From Nitrososphaerales archaeon (GTDB lineage: Archaea; Thermoproteota; Nitrososphaeria; Nitrososphaerales; UBA213), in the NCBI GenBank assembly GCA_965197925.1, contig CBDAOC010000019.1:224001-288000 (forward strand): a DNA stretch of 64,000 nucleotides, in the 5' to 3' direction. Each line of letters begins with the position of its first letter. Position 1 is the stretch's first letter. The notes below the pieces were generated by a model. That model was not told the DNA's origin, did no database searches, and saw nothing but the letters and a program-made list of their open reading frames with translations. This document shows, piece after piece, positions 52,060 to 63,296 of this stretch. The position numbers were made by a program, and so were the translations under genes.

Positions 52060-53111
52060 TTAGTTTGAACTTACTTCCAATGTTGTCTGTATAGCATAGC
52101 CTAAATAAGTTGCTTTCACTGTATAGACTCCATCAATTGCGAGTGAGCCTTTCATCTCCATGGTTGTATGGTATATTCCTTCCATATCATGCATAACCTG
52201 TTCAATTTCATATATCTGGTTATTTGGATTAAACACTTGGATTGTTACTGCCTCGCCATCGTAAAATAGTGGTACTTTCCCAATTACCTTTACAGTTTCG
52301 TTTTGGATTCCTGCTGAAACATCGAATATACCTGCCCTATTTGAGAGTTGAATTATCGTAAATCCAATTTTGGAACTATCCTTTGCGTAATGCCTTTCGT
52401 TAACCTCGAACTCTTCTTTTATCTTCGTTCTCTCTACAAATTCGGTTTTGCTCCTTTCCTCTTTATCTTCCACTAGAGGTATACTCTCCTCAGGCACTGT
52501 TACTTGTCTTGGCACCGAGTCGAGTAGGTCTTGTACCTCTTCCAGCAAAAGTTGTGCCACAAATACTTCGTTCCTAGTGAGCATTTCCTTAACATTCTCG
52601 ATCAATAAATCTACTGTTTCTATTACACGTAGATAAATGGAATCAGCCTCTACTTCGATCATGCGAGAAATTTCTTCGTATTTTTCAGCCTTCAGTCTTG
52701 CAAAGGTGGTTGCGCTTTCACAGTATTCGTTACTGTAAGGTTTGAGTTTCTTTGAACTTTCTTCATCTATAGTACCAGAAGCTACACTACATGCCCATGC
52801 AATGAGTATTGAACCATCCTCTGAATTTGTTGTGAACTGTTGTTGCAGATCAGTTCTATCACAGTATATACTTGTGAGTGTTTTGGCTGCATCCTCAGAC
52901 TTTTTAGTTTCTTCCATCAATTGTGCAACAATTTCGCCATTCGTTTTAACACATATGTCATCTGTCGAGTTCAAACGAGCATTCCATACTTGTATTTTCT
53001 GTGGTATGCCCCCTATCTCTGGGTATAATGCCCCAATTGTTATCATCACCACTATTATTCCTAAAGTCTAGGGGCGGTAATCTTTATGACCCTTTTGTGT
53101 TTTTTACTCAT
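52060..53111 (-). pseudogene. Membrane-anchored Cys-containing protein with a C-terminal Ig-like domain; N-terminus frameshifted
   Basis: ATG 53111 (MSKKHKRVIKITA) is out of frame with the 330-aa body at 52060-53052. Confidence 0.65.
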
Positions 53112-53459
53112 TTTTCATTCTCTAGCAATTTAGGTGGTGATTTTATGAATCTAGTTCATGGAAAAGTTTCTTGAACAAGAGCAACAAAGTATAGATCTGG
53201 TTCAGCATCATTCATCTGATTATCTATTCTCCATTCCTCACAATCAAATATGACAGCTTTCATTCCTAATATTGTAATTCTACGAAGATACGAAATGGCC
53301 TGTCTTGATTTCTTTTATCCATAATATCTATGGTTGTTTTAATCTTTGAAATTCTCTTCATTTCTAGAATGATCATTACCTTTATTGTCGTTAATATTTA
53401 GCACCCAATTATTGCGTCTGAAGTTATTATCGTTCAACCTGTGAAGCCCACAGAGACAC

Positions 53460-54575
53460 TTATTGCAGTGAGAGGGATATAACGACGGCCATTCCTAAAC
53501 CGATCAATCCAAACATACTTCCGAGTATATACAGCATCAGCGTTAATGAACTCAGGTAGATTACTGCGCCAATAAAAACAGGTTTACTCCTTTCCCTGCC
53601 TAGAAGTCTTGAGTTGATGATAGAGTTTATAGTCATCGGAATTATGCCAAAACTCATTATTTGAGTTGCTGGTATTGATTCTATATAATTAGGGAATAAC
53701 TGTTCTATTACGAAGGGACTAACTAAGAATAAGATGATAGCAAAAATAACTGATGTCACTAATCCAGCAAATCTGACCTTTTTTCTTTCAAGTCCGGTTG
53801 ACTCTTGAGGTAGGAGGTATTGGAATAAGGTTGCAGGTATTAGTCCAAGGAACATTAGGAACTAAAAACCGAGCTGATACAGACCTAAAACGGTAAATCC
53901 AAATAATGGCGCAATAATTAATTTGTCTGCATAAAGTGTTAAGGCTTGTGATAAAGTAAGGGAATAACTGTGAGTCATAAAGGCAAAGCGCGGTCTGAGT
54001 TCACTGATAGCAAACGAGAAATTTCTAAAGGTCTTGAAGAACCGATAGCTGAAGGTTAAGGCAGCAATTGCGTATCCTATTATGATTCCATCAATCCCTA
54101 TTACAAAATAAAGGCCTATAGATAGTGCCACTTGTGATGCTCTTTCGGCTATTAGTAAGAAAAAATATTTTTTATATAACTTTCCTCCTAAGAGCTCTGC
54201 TACTGACATCGTGAAGAAACTCAGACCTATGATGAGAAAACTTAATGGTGGATAATTCATGAATATTAGCAATATGAATACGAACGAATTAGAAACCAGC
54301 ACCACTAGATTCGCTTGATGCCTTATCTTCTCAAAGCCCTTTGCTACAAACGTTATGACTGTTGTATTTAGACCTAATAAGGAAACAACGCTTAACATTG
54401 AACCTATGGCAATGTAGTAATTCAACCTTCCATAGTCTTCAGTAGCCAAGATTGATGCAAGGGCAAACCAAAATAATCCTCCCAGAATAGAGGCTAATAG
54501 ATTACCTGCTCCTACATACGTTAACCCCGAATCTAATTTAGTGGCCCTAAGTATCTTCTTTATCGATGCTATCAT
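53460..54575 (-). pseudogene. Oligosaccharide flippase (Wzx/MATE-like), split by an in-frame TAG
   Basis: Motifs EDYGRLNY and ADKLIIAPLFGFTVLGLYQLGF*FLMFLG (TAG at 53862-53864). Confidence 0.85.
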
Positions 54576-54639
54576 GATTTGTTTACCTTATAAGTAACCA
54601 TCATCATAGTCTGCTATCACAGGCACCTCAATGTCTTTC

Positions 54640-56957
54640 CTAAGTGCGTTTGTCAGACGAATCTTGTGATCGATCAAAATCTTGACATAATATAGTAAAA
54701 CATGTTAAAGCAAAAACCTTCTCCTTTAGAAGGTGCAATCCAACACTTAAAGCATACAAACTAACATCGGCCGAGTAAACAAAAGGTAGAATAGAGAATT
54801 TATCTACCATGATTGTATTTGATTGTTGTGCTGAAACTGACAAGGTCGCTTTAGTACCAAGTAATTTTCTTAGTTTCTCCTTAACGCTAACAAAAAGATC
54901 CATAACACATAACATGTTCAGCAGGAACCATTACCGGCCTATGATCCGTGACAAGAATATCTGTATACTTCCATGCGTTATTTACGTTACCAAAAGCCTC
55001 ATACAGAACACCGATGCGATTTGGATCGAATGTTTCAATGAGGGAAAGAGAATTGTACTTCTCCAGTCCGCCTTGAATGATGACGTTCATTTCTTTTATC
55101 GATACAAGATCAGAAAGATGTTTGACATCGTATATGGTGATGAATCCTTCCTCAAAGACCTTGTCTAGATCATTCTGTGCGTCCAATAATCCAAACAATT
55201 TCTCGGTATGTGTCTTGAGCCACGGAATGTCGTTGTGGACTAAAATGTAACCCACGTTAAGAGGTTGAAAGAATTTTCCCACATTAGTAACATCATGTGA
55301 AAACATTAGGCTGTCATATCGCAACCTGTTACCGAATAGAACATCGTAATTAAGATTGTTTAATGAGACGGGTAATGGCGACAAATCTCTTTCAGTAACA
55401 CCTAGACGATTGGTATACCATGTTGAAGGCGTTCCAGCGTATGGGTAACCCCATACGGTCTTGCGGCCATTATCTCTCGTCGATAGGTATGATACTGCCT
55501 CCTCGTACTCCTGTGGCAGTTCAGCAGACTGAAAAATACCGTTAAAGTCACCAGTAACAATAGGGTAATTGGGTAGAAGACTAACCACCAAGACGAAACC
55601 GACAAACGTGCACGAAGCAGTTCCTGCTACTATCTTGTTTTGCTTTAGATACTCTAACAGTTTTATGCCTGTCAATGCAATCATTGGAGATAATGCAAGA
55701 ATTGCAATTGAGGTGAACTTAGGGGTTCGGAACGCCCACCCATAAAGAGAGCTAAGTGGGGTTTCGAAAATAAACCAGTTAGAGAGATCGCTTGCAAATC
55801 TTGGGCCGGCAGACAGGAATATGGAAATTGTGAATAAGATGGCAAAGTACCCCATAAACTTCATTCTTTTTATAAACAGCAGAGAAGAAATCCCTATTAT
55901 GGTTAAGACAACTGATAAGATAGGAGGGTTTAATCCCCAGAAATCCCCAAGGATGGGGGTTGTCTCTCCATACATTTCTACCATCCCAAAATTTCCCCTC
56001 ATAGCAAAAGCGTTCATGGGATCGGCGTTCATGAACAGGACTTGAAGACTTTCTACTGTTACTACATTTCCGTACAACGAAGTACCACCCATCAACACTC
56101 CTAGCAATATCCAGTAGCAGTTGATCAATACAAATGTGGACACTGATGGTTGAGTTGATGAATGCCTGTTTGAGAGTAAGCCACACCTTCTTCTTCTCCA
56201 GGATAATGTTGTACAAAGAATGATAGAGAATGTAACCAAGTATTATTATGAAACCGAATATGGTCCAATGCATGCCTCCTACGGCAAAAGACAGTGCTAC
56301 AACACAGTACAGCAGGTACGTTTTCTTACTTTCCGTTACTCCCTTGATGAGCAAAAAGAGGATCAACGGCGCCAGGTAGTAACCATACTTTAATGTGGGG
56401 TGGGTTAGTTCCTCTACAACAAATGGCGAGAATATGTAAAAAGTAGAGGAAGCAAGGAAGAAGAGATCATTATAGCGACTTGATATATCGACGGTTCTCC
56501 CAACTACATACTTTGTGAGTTTAAACATCGAAAGTGCTCCTATGGTGCCAAGAATAACATGATATGCAAAATAGGTTAAATGCATCGGAGCGCTAAAGCC
56601 AAAGGCATTTAACAGTATCATGGGAAAGGCGTGAAAGAGTTTGGAAAGGCTATTGATAGTGGGCTCTCCTGTTGAATCGTTCCAGAGCGGGATAATAGTA
56701 CCGATATAGTCACTGGTATCAATAGCTGAGCTAAAATCACCATACCAAATCGATTCATTTGTCAATAGGCTACTATAGACTAGAGAGTTAGAGACGGCAA
56801 AGATGGAGGCAATTAAAATATATTTCTTCAGTTCTTTGTTGAGAATTACAGTTCTAGAAAATTTCCGTGTTACTGAATTGTATATAGTGCTAAAGCTTCT
56901 AGATCTTACCGAGATGCGTTTTAGTCTTGGTTTTTGGATCATTTTCACTGGTAGCAT
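54640..56957 (-). pseudogene. Large GT-C/YfhO-like membrane glycosyltransferase, frameshifted
   Basis: Multi-TM N-terminal part, AFRTPKF, LPQEYEEAVSYL and LNVGYILVHND, spread over three overlapping frames. Confidence 0.7.
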
Positions 56958-57009
56958 TAGAATGACATGTCTAGTCGACTACGCTGCTGTGTGTTTGCAA
57001 GAGAAGATC

Positions 57010-57140
57010 TTATACATCAGCGACATGCAAATTCCTGGAACTTCTCTCAAATACTCGTAAAGAGAACTCGTTCCAGACTTCTCTACGCCAATAAAGAAAT
57101 TGGGCCAGATTGCCTTTTCTTCTGTACTAATTTTTGACAT
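57010..57140 (-). pseudogene. Sulfotransferase N-terminal stub
   Basis: MSKISTEEKAIWPNFFIGVEKSGTSSLYEYLREVPGICMS contains the PAPS-binding loop; the sequence then breaks off. Confidence 0.82.
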
Positions 57141-57210
57141 TTATATTCCTATGATATTAGACCTAGAAATCATTAGAATCAACATCATAAATCTTATATG
57201 GAAATTATTG

Positions 57211-57530
57211 CTAGACAAGCTCTACTTCCCTGTCTAACAATATATTTTTCTCTCTACAAATCTCAAGTGATTTTCTATAGTCTTCGTCTAATTTCTGCAA
57301 GACATTGTTTGGAATTTGTTCAATAAGTTTTGTATATTCGAGTTTTCTACTCCCCCTCTTATCAACAGTTTGAGCAATGAACTTCAACATATTTACTGGT
57401 CCTAAGTTCCTTGTGAAGTCCCAAGGTATCCAAAACTGATTTTATAGGGAGGTATTGGACTTTTAACATAACCAGTAAAGTACCTCTCATGTAAGTGTGT
57501 ATCCGAAACTGAAGGGATTTCTGGAGGAAA
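57211..57530 (-). pseudogene. Sulfotransferase C-terminal stub
   Basis: LDTLGLHKEL...YTKLIEQIPNNVLQKLDEDYRKSLEICREKNILL aligns with the end of 57553-58512. Confidence 0.78.
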
Positions 57531-57552
57531 TTAAGGAAGCCAAGAGTTTACG

Positions 57553-58512
57553 TTACGTATTTCCTTTTGGTGACAATAGAATATTTTTTTTGATAGAAAA
57601 ATCTATGGTCTTGTTGTAATCTTCAACCAATACTTTTGAAACGTATCCTGGAATAACAGCAATAAGTGGTGAATAATTGGATCTCGTTCGCTTTGTTTTA
57701 TCGAGGAGGGATCTAAGAACGTTTCCAAATTGATAAGATAATCTATAAAATTCCTTCTCCAAACCAAGTTTTTGAAATATGGTTAGGGAGCGAAATTTCA
57801 TTTTACCCAATGTCACCATTAATTGATTATAGGCTACGCTATCGGAAGGTGTAAAGATGCTGATGTTTTTCTGAGAAATTTTTACTTTCATAGGATCTAA
57901 ATTAAGGAATTTGAACGCCTCGTCCAATACCTCTTGAGGAAATTTGTTCAACTCGTCATTTTTAATTACTCTAACGTTCTCACCAAACAAATTATAGTAT
58001 TCGAGGACTCTATCATAGAACAAGATGGTTTGCATATCAGGGACGATGTAATCTTCGTTCCATCTTAGAAAATCATCTTGCTTATGTTGGATGTAGGAAT
58101 GAAAATACATACTTATTAGTCGGCTCTTCTGTTCTCGAACGACAAGAATTACCTTGGCGTTGGGTGAGAAATTCATTAGTTTCTTTGCAAAGTCATTTTT
58201 AAACGTATACGATACGGTTCCATCTACTCGATATCTCTGTTCTTTTCCCTTTGAATATAGTTCAAAATAATTCATCAAGTCAAGCAGTAAATGGCCCGCT
58301 TTTTTTGTGATATCACCAGTGAACCATGGAGGATATGTTTCCCCTTTGTACAATGTGTTTGGCTCTTTTTCCCACGGTACCATGACATCGGGATGCTGTG
58401 CAAGATAGTTACATAAAGCAGTTGTACCACATTTAGCAAAACCCGCCACAAAAAGATTTGGCCTCCAGTCCATTTGCGCAGATTGTTCTTCGGCCGTTTT
58501 AATATTGATCAA
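57553..58512 (-). CDS. PAPS-dependent sulfotransferase
   Basis: PNLFVAGFAKCGTTALCNYLAQHPDV, KEPN and AKVILVVRE...RLIS. Confidence 0.9.
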   Translation of the reverse strand: MINIKTAEEQSAQMDWRPNLFVAGFAKCGTTALCNYLAQHPDVMVPWEKEPNTLYKGETYPPWFTGDITKKAGHLLLDLMNYFELYSKGKEQRYRVDGTVSYTFKNDFAKKLMNFSPNAKVILVVREQKSRLISMYFHSYIQHKQDDFLRWNEDYIVPDMQTILFYDRVLEYYNLFGENVRVIKNDELNKFPQEVLDEAFKFLNLDPMKVKISQKNISIFTPSDSVAYNQLMVTLGKMKFRSLTIFQKLGLEKEFYRLSYQFGNVLRSLLDKTKRTRSNYSPLIAVIPGYVSKVLVEDYNKTIDFSIKKNILLSPKGNT

Positions 58513-58521
58513 GATCTACTC

Positions 58522-58761
58522 CTACACATCTATATTTTTTATTCCAAAAAAATAACTACCAATTCCACATCTTATATCTAATGTATTATTCAGCTGGTTA
58601 CCATACTTACGGATAAAGATACGACTAGCTTCAAGACGTGGATCCTTAGATACTCTTTTGGTATCCGTATCAACACGCGGATCATATTTTGTCTTGACAG
58701 TTTCAGTAGCAATAGAAGCTGTTATCCCTGTTTCTTTGATTCTTACCATGCCTCGGCTCAA
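58522..58761 (-). pseudogene. Probable SAM methyltransferase N-terminal stub
   Basis: Ends shortly after LDIRCGIG, a degenerate motif I. Confidence 0.45.
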
Positions 58762-58907
58762 TGAAACTAAATTTATACATTACAATAATCTCAAAAAAAT
58801 CAGATTGTTTTCTATACCATTTTCACTGCAATAAACTCAAAAAATTTGAGAATTAATACACCCATAGCTAGAACTGGATTTTTCAGGAACACCATCTTAT
58901 TCTGCCC

Positions 58908-59630
58908 TTACAAATAAATCATGAATCTATTTCTAACCGAGGTGAGGTGTGCGGCATGCTCTGGATATCTCTTTACATACACCTTCAGTGTTTTTGCATA
59001 ATTAGACTTTTTTCTACACCAGTCGATCAATGTAGCTCCCTCCTCTATGTGTAATATTTCAGATTCAATTCTTTTGATTGTAACTTTATAGGCACTTTGC
59101 AATTTATTTTTGATGGTACTCTCCTCGAAAAATACAACGTCCTCGTCAAAACCACCAACACGCAACACTGCGGATCTTTTAAAGAACCTGGGCGACTCTA
59201 CTTCCGTATTTGCGTAAAAGCTTCTCTAGAAATCCCTGACCTTAACCCAGAAACCACTTCCTATAGACCTTTCTGGTATAGTGATTGCATATGGCTCGTC
59301 AAGACACGACTGCACGCACTCTGTGACTACATTTTTGGTGAATTCCATGTCCGAGTCAATGAACAGTACATACTCTCTCTTGGCTGCATTACACGCTAAG
59401 TTCTTGGCCTTGGCCCTCCCCACTCCAGTTTGGATGAGCCTTGCACTGTACCTCTCTGCTATTTCCCTTGTACCATCCGTGCTGTGGTTGTCAACTACAA
59501 TAAGTTCTATTGCTCTGTACGTCTGTTGAATAATCGACTTTAGACATCTTTCTAACGTTTTCGCAGAATTTTTTGAAGGGATTATTATACAAACCTTCTC
59601 TTTGTCTGAAACTTGATTCTTATTATCCAA
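58908..59630 (-). pseudogene. GT2 glycosyltransferase split by an in-frame TAG
   Basis: IIIPSKNS, VVDNHSTDGT, FIDSDM, then KVRDF*RSFY...PRFF...VGGFDED (TAG at 59226-59228). Confidence 0.88.
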
Positions 59631-59652
59631 TTTTAACGAACGTTTTTTTTGC

Positions 59653-60570
59653 TCAAGAATTCTCTCTATAATACTCTAACAGAAATTTAATCCCTTTCTC
59701 AACTGTCCATTGAGGACTGTAGCCGAGGGATGCTGTTATGAGCGATATGTCTGCGAGTGTATCTTGGACATAATTTTTGAGAGGGTTTTGAATATATTTA
59801 GATTCTATCGATGCCCCCATCTCGCTGTTGATAAGTGATACGATATCATTGAAGCTTTTCCCTATACCTGTACCAACATTAAATATGCCAAAGTCTATGT
59901 TAGATGTCGTGGCCAGGATGTTTGCTGATAAGATATCGTTTATGAAAGTAAAGTCCCTGCTTTGCATCCCGTCGCCATAGATCACTGGGCTCCTGCCCTG
60001 CATCATGTCCCAGAGGAATTGCGATATGTTGTTTGCATACCTGCTTTTGTGCGATTCCTTAGGCCCATATACGCTGAAGTACCTTAACCCTATGGAACTC
60101 AGGTTATTTTCGTAGTAATATGTTTGTGCAAGAATTTCCCTACTATGGAAAGACGCTTCGTAGAATGTCTTGGCAGTTATCTTCTGATTCTCGCTAAATG
60201 GTAAGGGATTGCCACTATACAACGATGATGATGAAGCATATATGACCTTCCTCACTCCATTGCTAAGTGCTGCCTTCATCACGTTCATAAAACCTATAAC
60301 ATTGACCTCGATCCCGTTTCTAGGGTCTTCCTTGAACATCGGTGATGAGCTTAGAGCAGCGTCGTGAAAAATAAAGTCACAATCTTTAGAAGTTTTACCC
60401 AACAGTTCCTCGTCCATTACAGAACCTTTCACGAACTCTATTTCTTTGTTCAAGTTCTCGCTCTTCCCAAGGTAAAGGTTATCCAGAGCTATCACCCTAT
60501 GTTCCTTTGATAGTGCCTCTGCTAGATTAGATCCTATGAAGCCAGCTCCACCAGTTACCAGAATCTTCAT
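59653..60570 (-). CDS. NAD-dependent nucleotide-sugar epimerase/dehydratase
   Basis: Motifs TGGAGFIGS, YASSSSLY, LRYFSVYGP and GDGMQSRDF. Confidence 0.93.
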   Translation of the reverse strand: MKILVTGGAGFIGSNLAEALSKEHRVIALDNLYLGKSENLNKEIEFVKGSVMDEELLGKTSKDCDFIFHDAALSSSPMFKEDPRNGIEVNVIGFMNVMKAALSNGVRKVIYASSSSLYSGNPLPFSENQKITAKTFYEASFHSREILAQTYYYENNLSSIGLRYFSVYGPKESHKSRYANNISQFLWDMMQGRSPVIYGDGMQSRDFTFINDILSANILATTSNIDFGIFNVGTGIGKSFNDIVSLINSEMGASIESKYIQNPLKNYVQDTLADISLITASLGYSPQWTVEKGIKFLLEYYRENS

Positions 60571-60571
60571 G

Positions 60572-60720
60572 TTAACCCTTTAGCGTACATATTTCTGGGT
60601 GCTTCTCTATCATATTTAGGAATTCTTTGGTAGTGTCCAAGCTGAAGCTCCAACTCCAATCTAAAGTATTTCTAGCGTATGATTCCAGACTCACCCTATT
60701 CTCTAAGAGCGAAATGGCTC
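60572..60720 (-). pseudogene. GT4 glycosyltransferase C-terminal stub
   Basis: LLENRVSLESYARNTLDWSWSFSLDTTKEFL resembles the terminal helices of GT4 enzymes; its stop abuts the epimerase start. Confidence 0.55.
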
Positions 60721-61079
60721 CCCCAGCCAAGGTAACAAAATAGTAATCAAAAAGAGAATAGTTGCTATCGAGATTTTACATGGGATTAATAGTAACACGA
60801 TCTGATGTATTGAACTGATGAAACTTTGTAGGAAAATCCTTCCTAACATTACGGGTTCATTGTACGATTTGAATATGCGTATTACTGTTAGGAGCTTAAG
60901 CTTTGTCTTTCTTTCTATTCTTTATCAATAAATTCTAGGTATAAAACATACAACATTGCAACACTATACATTCAAATAGGTTATTTTTAGGTCATAATAC
61001 CCCTTATCAGACCAAATACCCTACCTACATGGTCAGAACAGAAAAAAGACAACAGGACCCTAATTTTGGGTCAAAAACC

Positions 61080-62151
61080 AAGGTGTTTTACTTGTTAACC
61101 TAGGCAGATATGAGGAAGCTATTTCCTATTTTGACAAAGCACTGGAGATAGATCCGAATTATTTCCAAGCATTAACCAGTAAAGGCTTTGCACTTCTTAA
61201 CCTAGGCAGATCTGAAGAAGCTATACCCTACTATGACAAAGCACTGGAGATAGATCCGAATGATGTCCTAGCATTAAACAATAAAGGTGAAGCACTTGAC
61301 TCACTAGGCAGACATGAGGAAGCTCTATCCTATATTGACAAAGCGCTGGAGATAGATCCGAATGATGTCCTAGCATTAAACAATAAAGGTGTTGCACTTG
61401 ACTCGGCAGATATGAGGAAGCTATTTCCTATTTTGACAAAGCACTGGAGATAGATCCTAATAATGCTGATGTAATAAACAACAAGAATATAGCACTTGGC
61501 AAACTAGGCAGAGAATCAGAAATAAAAGAGCCAAAAGATGGCACCAGTGGATGCCTTATAGCCACAGCAGCTTTTGGTTCGGAATTGTCACCACAAGTTC
61601 AATTCCTGCGTGATTATAGAGATCAAGAAATTATGAATACTTTAGCTGGTTCAAGTTTCATGCAAGTATTCAACGCCTGGTACTCATTCAGTCCATATGT
61701 TGCCGATTATGAAAGGGAACAGCCGTGGTTGCAGCATACGGTCAAGACATCCATCTATCCCTTGATAGGCATTCTACAGACATCAGAAAAGGCAAATTCT
61801 TCAATAGATGGTGAGTATGGAACAGTGGTCGCTGGGCTTATTGCTAGTTCCATGATAGGTGCAATTTACTTCTGGCCATTTGCAATCTCTGTAAGACGAG
61901 TTCGTACTAGCCCATTCAACTACAAGCTTGCTCTCTCTATGATCGCAGTTGTATCTGTCGGTATAATCGCTTCATTAGCAGCAGGTAATGAATATACTTT
62001 GATGGCAAGCACATCATTGTTTGTATTAACTTTAATTTCAGTTTCAGCAGTGCTATCTGCAAAATTAATCATAACAGTATTTCATACTGCTGGTAATATG
62101 ACGGCAAAGAGACGTAGCACCGAAATCATAAACAAACCCAAACATATCTAG
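61080..62151 (+). pseudogene. TPR-repeat protein with CFI-box-CTERM domain; start lost, frameshifted
   Basis: Four 102-bp TPR units (LGRYEEAISYFDKALEIDP) from 61097, a 4-bp deletion near 61403, then GCLIATAAFGSELSPQVQFLRDYRD. Confidence 0.88.
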
Positions 62152-62564
62152 CTGCGTTCATTACATATTCAACTATTAGCATTAATGCATACGTTCGTAG
62201 TGATGATGATACATACGATAGTACTAGCGATAGTTGGGCGATTTTGTGGACTGTGTCTATACCCCATTTCAAATGCAAGGGGGATACCCTATATAAAGAA
62301 GAAAGCAAAAAATCCACAAAACTAACCTTTAACAACACTGATACCACCAGACCTGATATTCCTTCATCTCTCTTATGGATACTCTCTGGATATAGTTAAT
62401 TAGAAATTATAGGATTGGTTGTTAATTATATTATCATTCCTTCGCTTAATTTGCCACTAGCTTACCTTGTTATTTGCAGTTACCAAAGAAATTCCTATTC
62501 AACTTTATTGACTACCAAATTAAATTGAGAATTTTTATTATGTTAGCCTTGATTATTTATTCTA

Positions 62565-63242
62565 TTGGTATCACTGATAATTGCTGAGGCTGCATTAGAG
62601 AGAATACCCAAAACGATTTCAAAACATTCCTCCGTTGCCAAACATGTTAATTTGAAACAAAAATCCGCCCAGGATATTTTACTGGACAGAAGTTATCATC
62701 ATGCCGCCATGCTCAAACTAAAAAACGCCGACAAGAGAGGAAGACCCGATCTTGTTCATTTCACGCTGTTAGAAGCAACCTCAACACCACTCTATAAGAA
62801 AGGGTTACTACAAATATACATACACACCATCGTGGATAAGGTAATAATCCTCCATAGAATTGTTAGATTACCAAAATCATATTTCAGATTTGAAGGATTA
62901 ATGGAACAACTATTCAAAGAAAAAATGATAAAATCCAATGCAGATCTGTTGATGGAGGTAAAAGATATGCAACTTCCAGAACTACTGAAGATAATAAAAC
63001 CATCAAATGTCATAGGATTATCACAAAGTGGATTAAGGTCAAGTGCTGGGGAAGTCGCCAGAATTATGGAGGATAAGACTGTATTAGTGATTGGAGGATT
63101 TCCTCATGGCCATTTTTCACAAAATATTTCAAGTCAAATAGATCGACTGTATTCCATTAACGAGTCAGGACTTGAGGCACATGTTGTTACCGCAAGAGTT
63201 TTGTATGAATATGAAAAGAAATTGTTTGAAGGTTCTGTCTAA
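62565..63242 (+). CDS. nep1: rRNA small subunit pseudouridine methyltransferase Nep1
   Basis: Motifs LLDRSYHH, RGRPDLVH, RLPKSYFRFEGLMEQL and IGGFPHG. Confidence 0.96.
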   Translation: MVSLIIAEAALERIPKTISKHSSVAKHVNLKQKSAQDILLDRSYHHAAMLKLKNADKRGRPDLVHFTLLEATSTPLYKKGLLQIYIHTIVDKVIILHRIVRLPKSYFRFEGLMEQLFKEKMIKSNADLLMEVKDMQLPELLKIIKPSNVIGLSQSGLRSSAGEVARIMEDKTVLVIGGFPHGHFSQNISSQIDRLYSINESGLEAHVVTARVLYEYEKKLFEGSV

Positions 63243-63296
63243 TCCTCGATTAGGATCTAAATATAATTATAGCGTTAGTGATTCAATCAAAATTAG

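Noticed and set aside
53200..53265. MKAVIFDCEE as a HAD hydrolase stub
   Set aside because: The match is too short to support a call.
53862..59228. In-frame TAG codons in the flippase and GT2 as pyrrolysine or stop-codon reassignment
   Set aside because: In-frame TGA and TAA also interrupt other genes, TAG ends intact genes such as rpl30 and rps19e, the positions fit single-base changes from CAG/GAG, and no pyl genes are seen.
61097..61510. Regularly spaced ~102-bp repeats as CRISPR or ncRNA array
   Set aside because: The period is 34 codons and translates to TPR motifs.
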